Source: a virus
Taxonomy: Duplodnaviria > Caudoviricetes
Direction: 5' to 3' (one strand)
DNA length: 60,741 bases
Virus record (IMG/VR): IMGVR_UViG_3300035156_000099
Location: 1-60,741 of that record
The notes beneath the pieces were generated by a model. That model searched no databases, had not been told where the DNA came from, and saw only the letters and a list, made by a program, of their open reading frames with translations. The position numbers were made by a program, and so were the translations under genes. Positions 27,531 through 36,138 of the stretch are shown in pieces (position 1 is the stretch's first letter; each line of letters opens with the position of its first letter).

Positions 27531-29713
27531 GCGGGTACTCCTTCGATGCGCTGGGTTTCGATACCGGTGTCCATACCTACAGCAGGACTTGCCGGTGTGA
27601 GCGGGTTGGTGTTCTTCGGTAGGTCAGGTGCAGCCAGAACGGTGCCGGTGTACTCGGGCACGATTGGCGCGGCGTTGTGGTCGACGTAGCCCGCAGACAG
27701 GAGCAGCGCGTCGGCAAGGTTCGCTGTTGCCGGCGTCTGGGCGATGGTCGCGGCGGTCTGAATGGCGCTGAATTGAGCCGTGACGGATTTGGCAACGGTG
27801 TCTGCGCGGGTGTCGTCCGCTTGAGCCTTGAGTAAGTCCAGGCTGGCGGCCGACTTCGCGGCATCGGCCTGCGAGCGAGTGGTTTCTGCCTGAGTCTTCT
27901 GCGCCTGAGCCGCCAAAAGGTCTGCCTTCGCCTGCAAGGTCGGATCCACTGGTGCGGCCGGCTGTTGCGACATCGCGTCGACGATTTCCTGCTTATTCGC
28001 CAGATTCGAGTAACCAATGATGAACGGCCACGGGATGTTGGCACCCTTCTCGTTAAGCTCGATCGCTTGCAGGAACTGACTGTTCTCGAAGGTGATCTGC
28101 GCCGGCGCCTCAGTGATGACCACGTCGTATTCGCCGATGGTCAAATCGTTGAGGATGCGTGCGTCAGCCTGCGGCCAGTTGAGCGGGATCTCGGTGGTTG
28201 ACTCTTTTCCCGACGGATCAGATTCGGTTATACGCATGATCCGTGGCTGGTCGTAATACATCTGGACCAGTTCCAGTATCCGCGTGGCGACCATCGAGCG
28301 AGTCCGGCCAAGGTTGTCCAACGGCACGGCCAACTGTTGCTGTGCAGCGAACTGGCGGGTCTGGATGGCAATGCCCGAGACTTCGTTGCTCTGTGCTCCC
28401 GACATCGCCTGATTGACACCGGTGGCCGTTTCCAGCAGCGCCGAGGCACGGTCGATGATGCGATCGAAGCCGGTAGGCACTTGGTTGGGCTGAATCTTCT
28501 GAGGTCGGTCCTCAGTCGGGGTCTTGGACTTGATCACCAGGTGCAGACCCGTTTCAGCCCCTCGGTCGGCCAATTCACCGTCGGCCATGTTGGTGAGCGT
28601 ACCGGCAACGGTGATCCAGCCACTGTTCGCCGTGGTGTTGATGATGTGCAGGAACTGGCTCATCGACTTATTCAGGAGCTGCTGCGGCCCGATCGCGTCA
28701 TCGACAAGGCCGCGAGTCTTGCCGCGGCGGAACGTCGGGAAGAACGGAACGACCGTGAAGTGATTGAACGGGGACCAGTCGTCGTGCAGGACCTTGTCCT
28801 TTGTGGTGATCAACCAGCGCACACGGCGGACCTTGCGCTTCTGGCGAATCCCACCGGCGGCAATCATCTCGTCAACGGCATTGGGGTTGATGTCTTCAAC
28901 CAGCCGGATATCGCCGGTCGCGCTGATCACGACATCTGCCGTATCCATCTGCCAGAACTGGCGATCGATGATGCGATAGCGCTTGGTGGACTTGTCGTCC
29001 TCGTCCTCACCGTAGAACTCGGGGAAGAACGCATCGGCGTCGCCGAACTTGGCGCGCTCTACGTCATCAGCCACAGGCAGGAAGGTGTCGCCTGAATAGT
29101 CCTCGTCATCCAGAGCCTTCAGGGCTTTGGTGCCCATCAGCATTTCGATCTCGACCTGAGTCAGCATTCGGGTGATGGTCACGTCGGCCCAATCATCCGG
29201 GTCGTAGCTGTTCGCGTCCGGGTCAGGGATCACGTCCATCGGATCAAGGATGTCGATCTTGATCTCGCCGAGGATTGTGTCGGCGTAACTCATGCGGATG
29301 TCGAAATAGCCGCGCTGCTGGATCACGCCGTCGCTGAAAACCTGCGTCTCTTTGAAGTGCAGCTCGTTGTTGTCGGCGATCTGCATGGCGAGCTTGGAAA
29401 GCGTGCTCGCGGTCTCGGCATCTGCTGCACCGGCGCGAGGACGGAACCCAATGTCCATGCGATTGCCAATCTGATACCCGACTGCAGCGTTGATCTTGTT
29501 CTTGATCTGGTTGAACTCGAGCGCAGGGCGCCCGGCATCAGCCAGGATTTGCCGGTCGATGTCCTTCCACTGGCAGCCCCCGCCCAGGTAGTAGTTCTCG
29601 CACTCGCGCGCCTTCTCGACGTAATCGCGGTGACCACGGTTCAGGCCGTACTCGTAGCGGGACCAGTTGTCCGTCGCTTTTTGGTTGTCGGAGGCTTCAG
29701 CCATATCAGGCAC
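27527..29713 (-). CDS. Portal protein (P22-like)
   Basis: GRPALEFN, RGLVDDAIGPQ..N, SGIAIQ, DLTIGEYDVVI. Confidence 0.92.
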   Translation of the reverse strand: MPDMAEASDNQKATDNWSRYEYGLNRGHRDYVEKARECENYYLGGGCQWKDIDRQILADAGRPALEFNQIKNKINAAVGYQIGNRMDIGFRPRAGAADAETASTLSKLAMQIADNNELHFKETQVFSDGVIQQRGYFDIRMSYADTILGEIKIDILDPMDVIPDPDANSYDPDDWADVTITRMLTQVEIEMLMGTKALKALDDEDYSGDTFLPVADDVERAKFGDADAFFPEFYGEDEDDKSTKRYRIIDRQFWQMDTADVVISATGDIRLVEDINPNAVDEMIAAGGIRQKRKVRRVRWLITTKDKVLHDDWSPFNHFTVVPFFPTFRRGKTRGLVDDAIGPQQLLNKSMSQFLHIINTTANSGWITVAGTLTNMADGELADRGAETGLHLVIKSKTPTEDRPQKIQPNQVPTGFDRIIDRASALLETATGVNQAMSGAQSNEVSGIAIQTRQFAAQQQLAVPLDNLGRTRSMVATRILELVQMYYDQPRIMRITESDPSGKESTTEIPLNWPQADARILNDLTIGEYDVVITEAPAQITFENSQFLQAIELNEKGANIPWPFIIGYSNLANKQEIVDAMSQQPAAPVDPTLQAKADLLAAQAQKTQAETTRSQADAAKSAASLDLLKAQADDTRADTVAKSVTAQFSAIQTAATIAQTPATANLADALLLSAGYVDHNAAPIVPEYTGTVLAAPDLPKNTNPLTPASPAVGMDTGIETQRIEGVPA

Positions 29714-31244
29714 TCATCGCAGATTTACGAGCGTTCCGGCGCATTAGCTGAGCCTTCCAGTCTTCGGTGAATTGGTCGTCAGCGGAAACAGGCTCGGCGA
29801 ATGTCAGAGCCAGTGCGTCGCCGTCGTCTGGGGAGCGGCCGATGATCTTCTTGGCCTCTTCCTTCGGAAGGAGCTTGAGTTGCCCGTTGCTGGTGTACTT
29901 GTCCTTGGCAGCGGACGTCAGGTCGCCGTGCAGCTGGTCGTCGTCTGGGATCGATGGGGTGATGTCGTCGTGAATCCACTCAGCCATCTCGCCCCACATC
30001 TCACAGCGCTTGTTGGCGTATTTGCGGGAGTCGGTGGCGGATGAGCCGAAGTTCACGGCAGTGACGCGATCACCGAAGCCCAATTCGACAAGGCGGTCGT
30101 AAATGCCAGCACCCAGCCCGCCGATGTCGATGAACATCATGCGGATGGTCGTATCGTCCATGAGCATGCGCGCGGCCTGGCCGGCTACAGCCATGGTGTC
30201 GGGTACGTTGTTGCGCTCGATACCCCATGCCGCCCTGCCCTGACGATGGATGAACGTCGAGGTGTCGCCACCGCGTGCCGGGTCGAGGCCGACGACGTGG
30301 GCACCAATGCGCTTGGTGTGCTTGATCAGCTTCTTGCGCGCCAGCGAGACCTTGACGGTCTTGATCAGCGGCTTGTGGCCGACCTTCTGGAAGGCCAGAT
30401 CGGGCGTGGCCGGGTATTCCTGATTGAACCAGTCCTCATCGCCAGCAAAGTCGGTGTCGATCTTTGCGCGGCGCCAGGCCATCTGCTCTTCATCGAGGTC
30501 GTAAGCCTCCATGTATTCGTAATCGTCTTCGCTCATCTCGAACGCTTTCGGGACGGCGCGGCGGTAGCCCTTCTCGATAAACCACGGGATGAACACGGCC
30601 ATGTAGTCGGATTTGCCCGAGACGGCCATGACCCACATCTGGTGGAACAGGTTGCCCATGCCGTTAGCGGTGGACTCGATGACGACTTCGCTGCCCTCAA
30701 TGAGGGGCACGGTCTGCCCGAGACCGGCCATGATTTTCTGCGCGTTCGGCCAGAAGGCCATTTCGGACCCATGAAGGTATTGGATGGTGTCGGACCGGCC
30801 TGCGCCTGGGCTTCCTGCGGTGGCTACCTTGTACCCGCTGCGCAACTTGGCGAATGACAGCTCGGTACCGGAGTTTGCCTTGGTGGTCGGGCGTAAGGTG
30901 CTGTCGCTGAGCTCGAAAAACGTCTTCGCCATGCCGAACAGGTTCTGCGTGGCTGCGTCCAGGTGAGTCAGGATCATCGTGCGCTTGCCGAAGCCCATGC
31001 TTGTGCGCTTGTAGAAACGGGCGGCTGTGTAGGTGCTGATGCCCTGCTGACGCCCCTTCAAAGTAATCGCGCGAACCCAGCCCTTCTCTGCCGCCTGCTG
31101 CTCAAGGCGCCCATGCAACGCCCGCTGCGCGTCGTTCCACACGAACGGCAGGATTTCTCCCTCCTTCGTGCGGATCTTCAGATTGCGCGCGCAGTAAAGC
31201 TCATCGTCGGTGATGAGCTGGGTGAGCATGGCGTCTGCGGACAT
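29706..31244 (-). CDS. terL: Terminase large subunit
   Basis: LKGRQQGIST (Walker A), LHGSE, IESTANG, GLDPARGG.D, SPDDGDAL. Confidence 0.96.
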   Translation of the reverse strand: MSADAMLTQLITDDELYCARNLKIRTKEGEILPFVWNDAQRALHGRLEQQAAEKGWVRAITLKGRQQGISTYTAARFYKRTSMGFGKRTMILTHLDAATQNLFGMAKTFFELSDSTLRPTTKANSGTELSFAKLRSGYKVATAGSPGAGRSDTIQYLHGSEMAFWPNAQKIMAGLGQTVPLIEGSEVVIESTANGMGNLFHQMWVMAVSGKSDYMAVFIPWFIEKGYRRAVPKAFEMSEDDYEYMEAYDLDEEQMAWRRAKIDTDFAGDEDWFNQEYPATPDLAFQKVGHKPLIKTVKVSLARKKLIKHTKRIGAHVVGLDPARGGDTSTFIHRQGRAAWGIERNNVPDTMAVAGQAARMLMDDTTIRMMFIDIGGLGAGIYDRLVELGFGDRVTAVNFGSSATDSRKYANKRCEMWGEMAEWIHDDITPSIPDDDQLHGDLTSAAKDKYTSNGQLKLLPKEEAKKIIGRSPDDGDALALTFAEPVSADDQFTEDWKAQLMRRNARKSAMSA

Positions 31245-31247
31245 GGG

Positions 31248-31478
31248 TTAAACGAACGGATCGGCAGGTTTGGCGATAGACCGAACGAACCACATGAAGC
31301 CTTGCTGCAGGTTCGTCTTTGCCAGAGAAAGCAAGCGAGGATCTACACCTTCAATCTCGCCAATCTGCTTGAACAGTTCGCCGGCGTCCGCCTCAAGCGC
31401 CTTGATGGAATTCATCCCGTCAATTTCCGACTGGCTGAGGTCGCGGTAACCGCTGATCTTCTTGTGCTGATTGTCCAT
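31248..31478 (-). CDS. acb2: Anti-CBASS cyclic-nucleotide sponge, Acb2 family
   Basis: MDNQHKKISGYRDLSQSEID.MN.IK and AKTNLQQGFM..VRSIAKP match the recalled Pseudomonas phage Acb2 termini. Confidence 0.88.
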   Translation of the reverse strand: MDNQHKKISGYRDLSQSEIDGMNSIKALEADAGELFKQIGEIEGVDPRLLSLAKTNLQQGFMWFVRSIAKPADPFV

Positions 31479-31593
31479 GCCCTGCCCCTATCTCGATTAT
31501 CGAAATGACGGGTCCGAGGCTATGTGACTGGAATTTCAGTGCAACAGGTGTGACAAAGCCCGCAGCGTGGCGGGCTTCGGCATTGCATAAGGA

Positions 31594-31887
31594 TCAAATT
31601 TCGAGGCGGGCGATAACCGACTCCAGCGTTTCTGCTGCTGAGTACAGCAGGTCAGCCAAAGAATCAATCTGGCGAGCCAGAGGAGCGCCACATTTCACTT
31701 CTTTGAGACCGGTTCCACCAGCAGGCGCCTGCTCCCTGGACACGGAAGCCAGACGGTCATTAAGCTGGGAAATGAGCATACATAGCGATTCTGCACAGCT
31801 CTCCGCTCGATGGAGGCGGCTGAATACTTCAGGCAGATCTGAAGTGCCTGCTGGAGTGGAGTTGATGCCAATTGGTTGTGCGCTCAT
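31594..31887 (-). CDS. Hypothetical coiled-coil protein
   Basis: 97-aa ORF with RBS, a boxed promoter upstream and a terminator downstream. Confidence 0.6.
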   Translation of the reverse strand: MSAQPIGINSTPAGTSDLPEVFSRLHRAESCAESLCMLISQLNDRLASVSREQAPAGGTGLKEVKCGAPLARQIDSLADLLYSAAETLESVIARLEI

Positions 31888-32001
31888 GTCATGCCCCTGA
31901 TGTGATTGTCGAATGACGTGCTCAGGGTCTGTGACTAGAGCGGGACAGCAAGCACAAAAAACCCCGATCAAAGCCGGTTTTTCGTCAGGAAATTATTGTT
32001 G

Positions 32002-32325
32002 CTACACGAGCTCAACGAGATTTAGATTTATTCTCTCTCCGGCCTTGAATGGCTTGGCATGGCCGCACGCTTCAACCGCCACCACCTTGTACTTAGCTCC
32101 AGAGATGCTGACAAATTTAAGATGATTGAAGTCATCGCACTCAACCGGATTTTCAGTCGCTATGACCAGCCCCCTCCCGGGGATGTTGAATCGGGACAGC
32201 TCGGGAACGTCATAGGCTTCATTGGGTGCTGATGCGCCGTGCACAGGATAGACCCTACCATCGATCTCTTTAACCAATTGGCCTACGCGAATAGAAGCGC
32301 CTGCCACTAATGTCGAATTATTCAT
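32002..32325 (-). CDS. Hypothetical moron protein
   Basis: 107-aa ORF, GAGGT RBS, structured leader. Confidence 0.6.
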   Translation of the reverse strand: MNNSTLVAGASIRVGQLVKEIDGRVYPVHGASAPNEAYDVPELSRFNIPGRGLVIATENPVECDDFNHLKFVSISGAKYKVVAVEACGHAKPFKAGERINLNLVELV

Positions 32326-32357
32326 ATCAACTACCTCTAGCCGATGACCTCAGTTGG

Positions 32358-32407
32358 ATGCGGCAGGTGATGAGGTAATCACCGTTCGGGAGCTACCCTA
32401 GCCGCAT
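32358..32407 (-). ncRNA. Three-way-junction leader RNA (C4/IsrK-like antisense or attenuator)
   Basis: ATGCGGC/GCCGCAT encloses GGG-TAGCT-CCC and GGTGAT-TACCTC-ATCACC; extended -10 TGATAGAAT upstream. Confidence 0.6.
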
Positions 32408-32493
32408 TGGGATTCTATCAGTGATGCGTTGTAGGCGATCTGGAAATTATCGTGCGCGCCACGATTTGCCTTGGTGGCGTTTCGTGGCGCTGG

Positions 32494-32691
32494 TTAAATC
32501 TCAATGCCAAGAATTCGCGTAGCGACGATCAGGCCAAGCAGCAGCGTGATTATGGAAGTCACAGATGCGGCGAACGATATGCCTGCGATCGCAACGAGCT
32601 TTCTCATGCCAGTGGGCGTGCTGGGCAGGCAGAAAAAGAAGAACACAAGGTTCAGCGCCCACATGATGGCGAACGCTATGCAAGGCCTCAT
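32494..32691 (-). CDS. Small two-TM membrane protein
   Basis: MRPCIAFAIMWALNLVFFFF...; GGAGG RBS. Confidence 0.6.
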   Translation of the reverse strand: MRPCIAFAIMWALNLVFFFFCLPSTPTGMRKLVAIAGISFAASVTSIITLLLGLIVATRILGIEI

Positions 32692-32743
32692 ACCTTCGCC
32701 TCCATCAGCCGCGCCAGGCGGTCTTCGTAGGATTCTTCGCCTG

Positions 32744-33265
32744 TCACGCAACTTCCCCCTTGAGCAGTCGAGCAAGACGCTCCTCGTAAGGCTCCTCGCC
32801 GCCCTCATCGCCAATGTTGAATGCCTGGCGCTGGGCCTTGATGATCTTGAGCTGAGCGTCCAGGCCAGTGTTCACCGACCGGGCGTATTCACCGTGGGTG
32901 TCTTCGTTAACGCCCAATACGCTCAGGCCAGACTCCAGAGTGTCCACCAGTCTCTGCCAACGGGACAGGGCAGCAATGTGGGTGAAGACCAAGTTCGATG
33001 CGTCAGTGGCCTTCTCTTCAATGATCTCGTCATCTTCGCGCACCGATAGATGCGCAGTGCGCGAACTCATGCGCGATATTTTGGCGCGGGTTGCCGCAGC
33101 TACTTGATTTGTAAGGTCCCTAGACCATTCTGCAACCTTCGCGCGGCTGCGCAATGTGCTCTCGCTGATACCGTGCTTCTCGCCCACTCTACGGACTGAC
33201 AGTTGCCCGGCCCGGTAGTCCTCTTCGATAGCCGACCAGTTTGGTTCCGACTTAGAAGAGGACAT
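32744..33265 (-). CDS. terS: Terminase small subunit
   Basis: PNWSAIEEDYRAG.LSVR...HGISESTLRSRAK..EWSRDL HTH; RQAFNI. Confidence 0.85.
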   Translation of the reverse strand: MSSSKSEPNWSAIEEDYRAGQLSVRRVGEKHGISESTLRSRAKVAEWSRDLTNQVAAATRAKISRMSSRTAHLSVREDDEIIEEKATDASNLVFTHIAALSRWQRLVDTLESGLSVLGVNEDTHGEYARSVNTGLDAQLKIIKAQRQAFNIGDEGGEEPYEERLARLLKGEVA

Positions 33266-33869
33266 GTTGCATCACCTCCCTGGGAAGGAATGCGCTTTCG
33301 AGAACGCCCATCAAATGATCCATGGTTGCTTTACGGAAAGCTCTCTCAGCACCGAATGGAATAGGAATAACACCCGCATGCTCGCATGCATCAATAATCA
33401 ACTGATCGTCCTCTACAGTGCCGCAAGAGGAAAATACCAAAGCTTTACGCAGGCATGAGATTCCAGGGTTGTTCATCCCGATCTGCATCGCGTAGCCGAT
33501 GACTTGCCCTATCCCAGCTAGCAGAGATTGAACGCCGTATGATCCATCCTTCAGCTCCACGACCGTTGCGGAGCCGTCATCGTGGTAGAGCATGAAGTCA
33601 GCCCTCCCGCGTCGAACAGGGAACTCTGCCTCCCAGCTCAAGATCGGGGGAACGGTGTTATCGAAGGCTCGCTCGTGCGCTTTCTCTGCGACCAGAAGAA
33701 GAGTTAAGGCTCCCGAAAGGTATGCCTCGCCCTTCTTATCAAGATAGTTATAAAGGACGCGTGGCAGACCAGCGCTATGACAAAGGAATTTGAAATCCTC
33801 CCACGACTTTGGAGTAAGGCATTCCCTTGATGCTGAGTACCTTTCGTTCTTCCAAATGCCTGTAATCAT
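33252..33869 (-). CDS. PD-(D/E)XK nuclease-like protein
   Basis: E..GRADF..VVELK..GQVIGY motif arrangement. Confidence 0.7.
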   Translation of the reverse strand: MITGIWKNERYSASRECLTPKSWEDFKFLCHSAGLPRVLYNYLDKKGEAYLSGALTLLLVAEKAHERAFDNTVPPILSWEAEFPVRRGRADFMLYHDDGSATVVELKDGSYGVQSLLAGIGQVIGYAMQIGMNNPGISCLRKALVFSSCGTVEDDQLIIDACEHAGVIPIPFGAERAFRKATMDHLMGVLESAFLPREVMQHVLF

Positions 33870-34306
33870 TTCGTGGCACCCTCGCCAAGCATCAGCACAT
33901 GAACCTCACCACCTGTGTAGATGTCGCGCTTCATTGCAGCCCTGACTGCTTCCTCGGCGGTTGCACCCATATCCATGGCAGCGAGGGCGAAGGGTGAGCC
34001 ACTGCCAATTGCGTCTGCATTGGCGTGGTCTAGGGGCTGGCGCCATACACCGGTCTTGTCACAATGACCTACGAGGAGCAGATTGCCCCCGTCCACGACG
34101 AACCCTGACGACTCCACAGGATCCTTCGATGGAGTTCCGAAGTAGGCAGCGATCAAGGCCTTCTCATCGCACACGGCACCAGACAGCAGGAACATGACCC
34201 CGTTGACGATCTCGCATTTGGAGCAGCTGTCAGAAACGATTGAGCCGTTGCGGGTCTGACGCGAGTCATAGGCGATCACGCCGTCTTTGTAGGCGATGGT
34301 TGTCAT
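33866..34306 (-). CDS. HslV/proteasome-beta-like Ntn peptidase
   Basis: MTTIAY..AYDS, AIGSGSPFALAAMD.G, D.YTGG. Confidence 0.85.
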   Translation of the reverse strand: MTTIAYKDGVIAYDSRQTRNGSIVSDSCSKCEIVNGVMFLLSGAVCDEKALIAAYFGTPSKDPVESSGFVVDGGNLLLVGHCDKTGVWRQPLDHANADAIGSGSPFALAAMDMGATAEEAVRAAMKRDIYTGGEVHVLMLGEGATK

Positions 34307-34488
34307 GCTGCAGATGCCCCGAGTTTAGATTCAGAGCGCAACACCATTGAGTTATCCTGGAAGGTTGGCTCGCCGAACACGTCGCCTATATTGGCCTTGA
34401 TCATCTTCCATTGCTGATCACTGGGTGGCTGGTTGCCAAGGGCATCCGTGACACCCTTGAGCCAGAAAGTAAATTGCTCTTCGGTCAT
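34303..34488 (-). CDS. Small phage protein
   Basis: MTEEQFTFWLKG..PSDQQW..IK. Confidence 0.7.
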   Translation of the reverse strand: MTEEQFTFWLKGVTDALGNQPPSDQQWKMIKANIGDVFGEPTFQDNSMVLRSESKLGASAA

Positions 34489-34513
34489 TGCGCACTGCTC
34501 CCGTGCTGTTAGA

Positions 34514-34840
34514 TCAATTCTGCTTGTCGGTCGGCATCTGGATACAGTGCTCGCAGTTCATCTTGCGGCAGAGCCAGCGTTTGACCTGCGGCCACCAGGT
34601 GACCATGAAGATGTGCCTCATACCTGCGAATGCCAGTGATGCATGAAAGGTGACTCCGGCGACTGTGGGGGTGATATAGGCGGTTTCTGCGCGGGTGACG
34701 ATGGCGTAGCCTGATATCGCGATGGTTGCGTAGATCAGTTTCCCTATGACACCGTCTCGCACCTTGCGGCTGAATACGGACCAGATAGCCCATACCGCGA
34801 TCAGGGCGATGAACGTTGTGCTGAGATCTTGTGTGTTCAC
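34514..34840 (-). CDS. Holin-like membrane protein
   Basis: Three TM segments, KVRDGVIGKL. Confidence 0.65.
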   Translation of the reverse strand: MNTQDLSTTFIALIAVWAIWSVFSRKVRDGVIGKLIYATIAISGYAIVTRAETAYITPTVAGVTFHASLAFAGMRHIFMVTWWPQVKRWLCRKMNCEHCIQMPTDKQN

Positions 34841-35163
34841 GGTTTGTCTCCTCCGAATCTAGAGCGGATTAGCGCCCAGAGATCGGCCGCCTTGATGGCT
34901 CTGTAGACAGCAATCATCAGAGATCCGCCAAATGCGCCGAGGAGAAATCCGACGCCCGCCACATTTCCCGCGTCGGTGATACTCAGGTGCTCACACACCA
35001 TGCCGGTGAGGTAAAACGCACATGCCACGCCGCTCAGTAGGAACACGGCCCAGCCCTTCCAATTCTCCAGATCGCCCTTGTGCCACCAACTCGCGATGAT
35101 CGACCCGATGATGCCGGCGATCAGGACGTCGACCTTCTCAACCACGCGGGACAAGTACTCCAT
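34837..35163 (-). CDS. Holin
   Basis: Three TM segments, GFLLGAFGGSL; first gene of the late operon. Confidence 0.75.
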   Translation of the reverse strand: MEYLSRVVEKVDVLIAGIIGSIIASWWHKGDLENWKGWAVFLLSGVACAFYLTGMVCEHLSITDAGNVAGVGFLLGAFGGSLMIAVYRAIKAADLWALIRSRFGGDKP

Positions 35164-35236
35164 TCCTCACCTCCGCGGTGGTACTGCTGATTTCGTTTGT
35201 CATGTCCGGCCCTTGGGCTGATTGCTTCTTGCCATC

Positions 35237-35264
35237 AGGCTATGTGACTGGATTCATTGGGCAA
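35237..35264 (-). promoter_or_regulatory. Putative late promoter TTGCCC-16-TAGCCT with CCAGTCACA box
   Basis: Same architecture at 31517, 26355, 15074 and 6892, with variants at 3139 and 31924. Confidence 0.7.
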
Positions 35265-35324
35265 GGCTTGCACCGCTACCGTCAGTCACATGGACTGGAT
35301 GCTCAATCCATAGGGGCACTTCAC

Positions 35325-35591
35325 ATGACTGAAAAACACTTCATCGGCTCGACTCCAGACTCCACGTACATGGCGATCACTGAGGTGATGGGCCTTACTG
35401 CTGACGCCCAGGATCAGGGTGACTTCGACGCGCTGCTGGTTATCGGCCTGTCTGGCTCCGGTGAAACCGCGGTGCTGGGCGGCGATCTCGACTCCGAGAA
35501 GATCACCCGTATCCAGGCGCTGCTGGACGAACTGAAGTGGCGCGCCGCCGAGAAAGGCGACGGCGACACCGTTCTGCGAGTCTTCCGTTAA
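35325..35591 (+). CDS. Hypothetical protein transcribed against the operon
   Basis: 88 aa, AGGGG RBS, boxed promoter at 35268-35296. Confidence 0.65.
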   Translation: MTEKHFIGSTPDSTYMAITEVMGLTADAQDQGDFDALLVIGLSGSGETAVLGGDLDSEKITRIQALLDELKWRAAEKGDGDTVLRVFR

Positions 35592-35863
35592 CCGTGCATC
35601 TTCCAGCCTGACATGAAGGTGCTGCGCCTCAACTCTGGGGCCAGCGCCTCGGTCCAGTTATCCCCTCGCAGTCGCCGCATCTTCACCGTCTGCCATTTCA
35701 AACCTCTCCGGACTGCCCACTCCATCGCTGGCATGGTCAGGCCGTCCAGCGTCACCAGCGTGGCCCCTGCGCAGATGGTGCTGCGTATCGGCCGTCGCGG
35801 GATCTGGATAACCAGAGCCGTGAAGTCGAGGATGAGTTGCTGCGGCGACTGCTGGATCATCAC
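35588..35863 (-). CDS. Putative DNA-binding protein in the Q position
   Basis: LDGLTMPAMEWAVRRGLKWQTVKMR..GDNWTEAL HTH-like; GGAGG RBS. Confidence 0.6.
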   Translation of the reverse strand: MMIQQSPQQLILDFTALVIQIPRRPIRSTICAGATLVTLDGLTMPAMEWAVRRGLKWQTVKMRRLRGDNWTEALAPELRRSTFMSGWKMHG

Positions 35864-35898
35864 TACCTCCTGACGCTAATCGACTGGCACGATTTCAC

Positions 35899-36138
35899 TT
35901 AGAGCCCCCCAAGCAATCCCGCTGCATGGAGAATGCGGTTCTGCTCATAGGCATGAAGCTCTGGAAGGTTCTCGGGGTCTTCGGCGATCGGGAAGCTCAC
36001 CGTCAGACACGGGTGGTCGATGCCGTTGGTCTTGAGGATTCGCTGCATCGCTTCACAGGCCCCGGTCATCTGCACCATCCGTTGCGAGAGCTGCTGGACG
36101 GATCGCTTGAGCTTCTGGATTTGCTGATCGTCAGTCAT
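35899..36138 (-). CDS. Hypothetical protein
   Basis: MTDDQQIQKLKRS..., coupled ORF. Confidence 0.6.
   Translation of the reverse strand: MTDDQQIQKLKRSVQQLSQRMVQMTGACEAMQRILKTNGIDHPCLTVSFPIAEDPENLPELHAYEQNRILHAAGLLGGL

Noticed and set aside
15005-31508. Many long plus-strand ORFs (e.g. 16266-17336, 23504-24529, 24620-25636)
   Set aside because: Antisense shadows of GC-rich structural genes with no motifs or RBS
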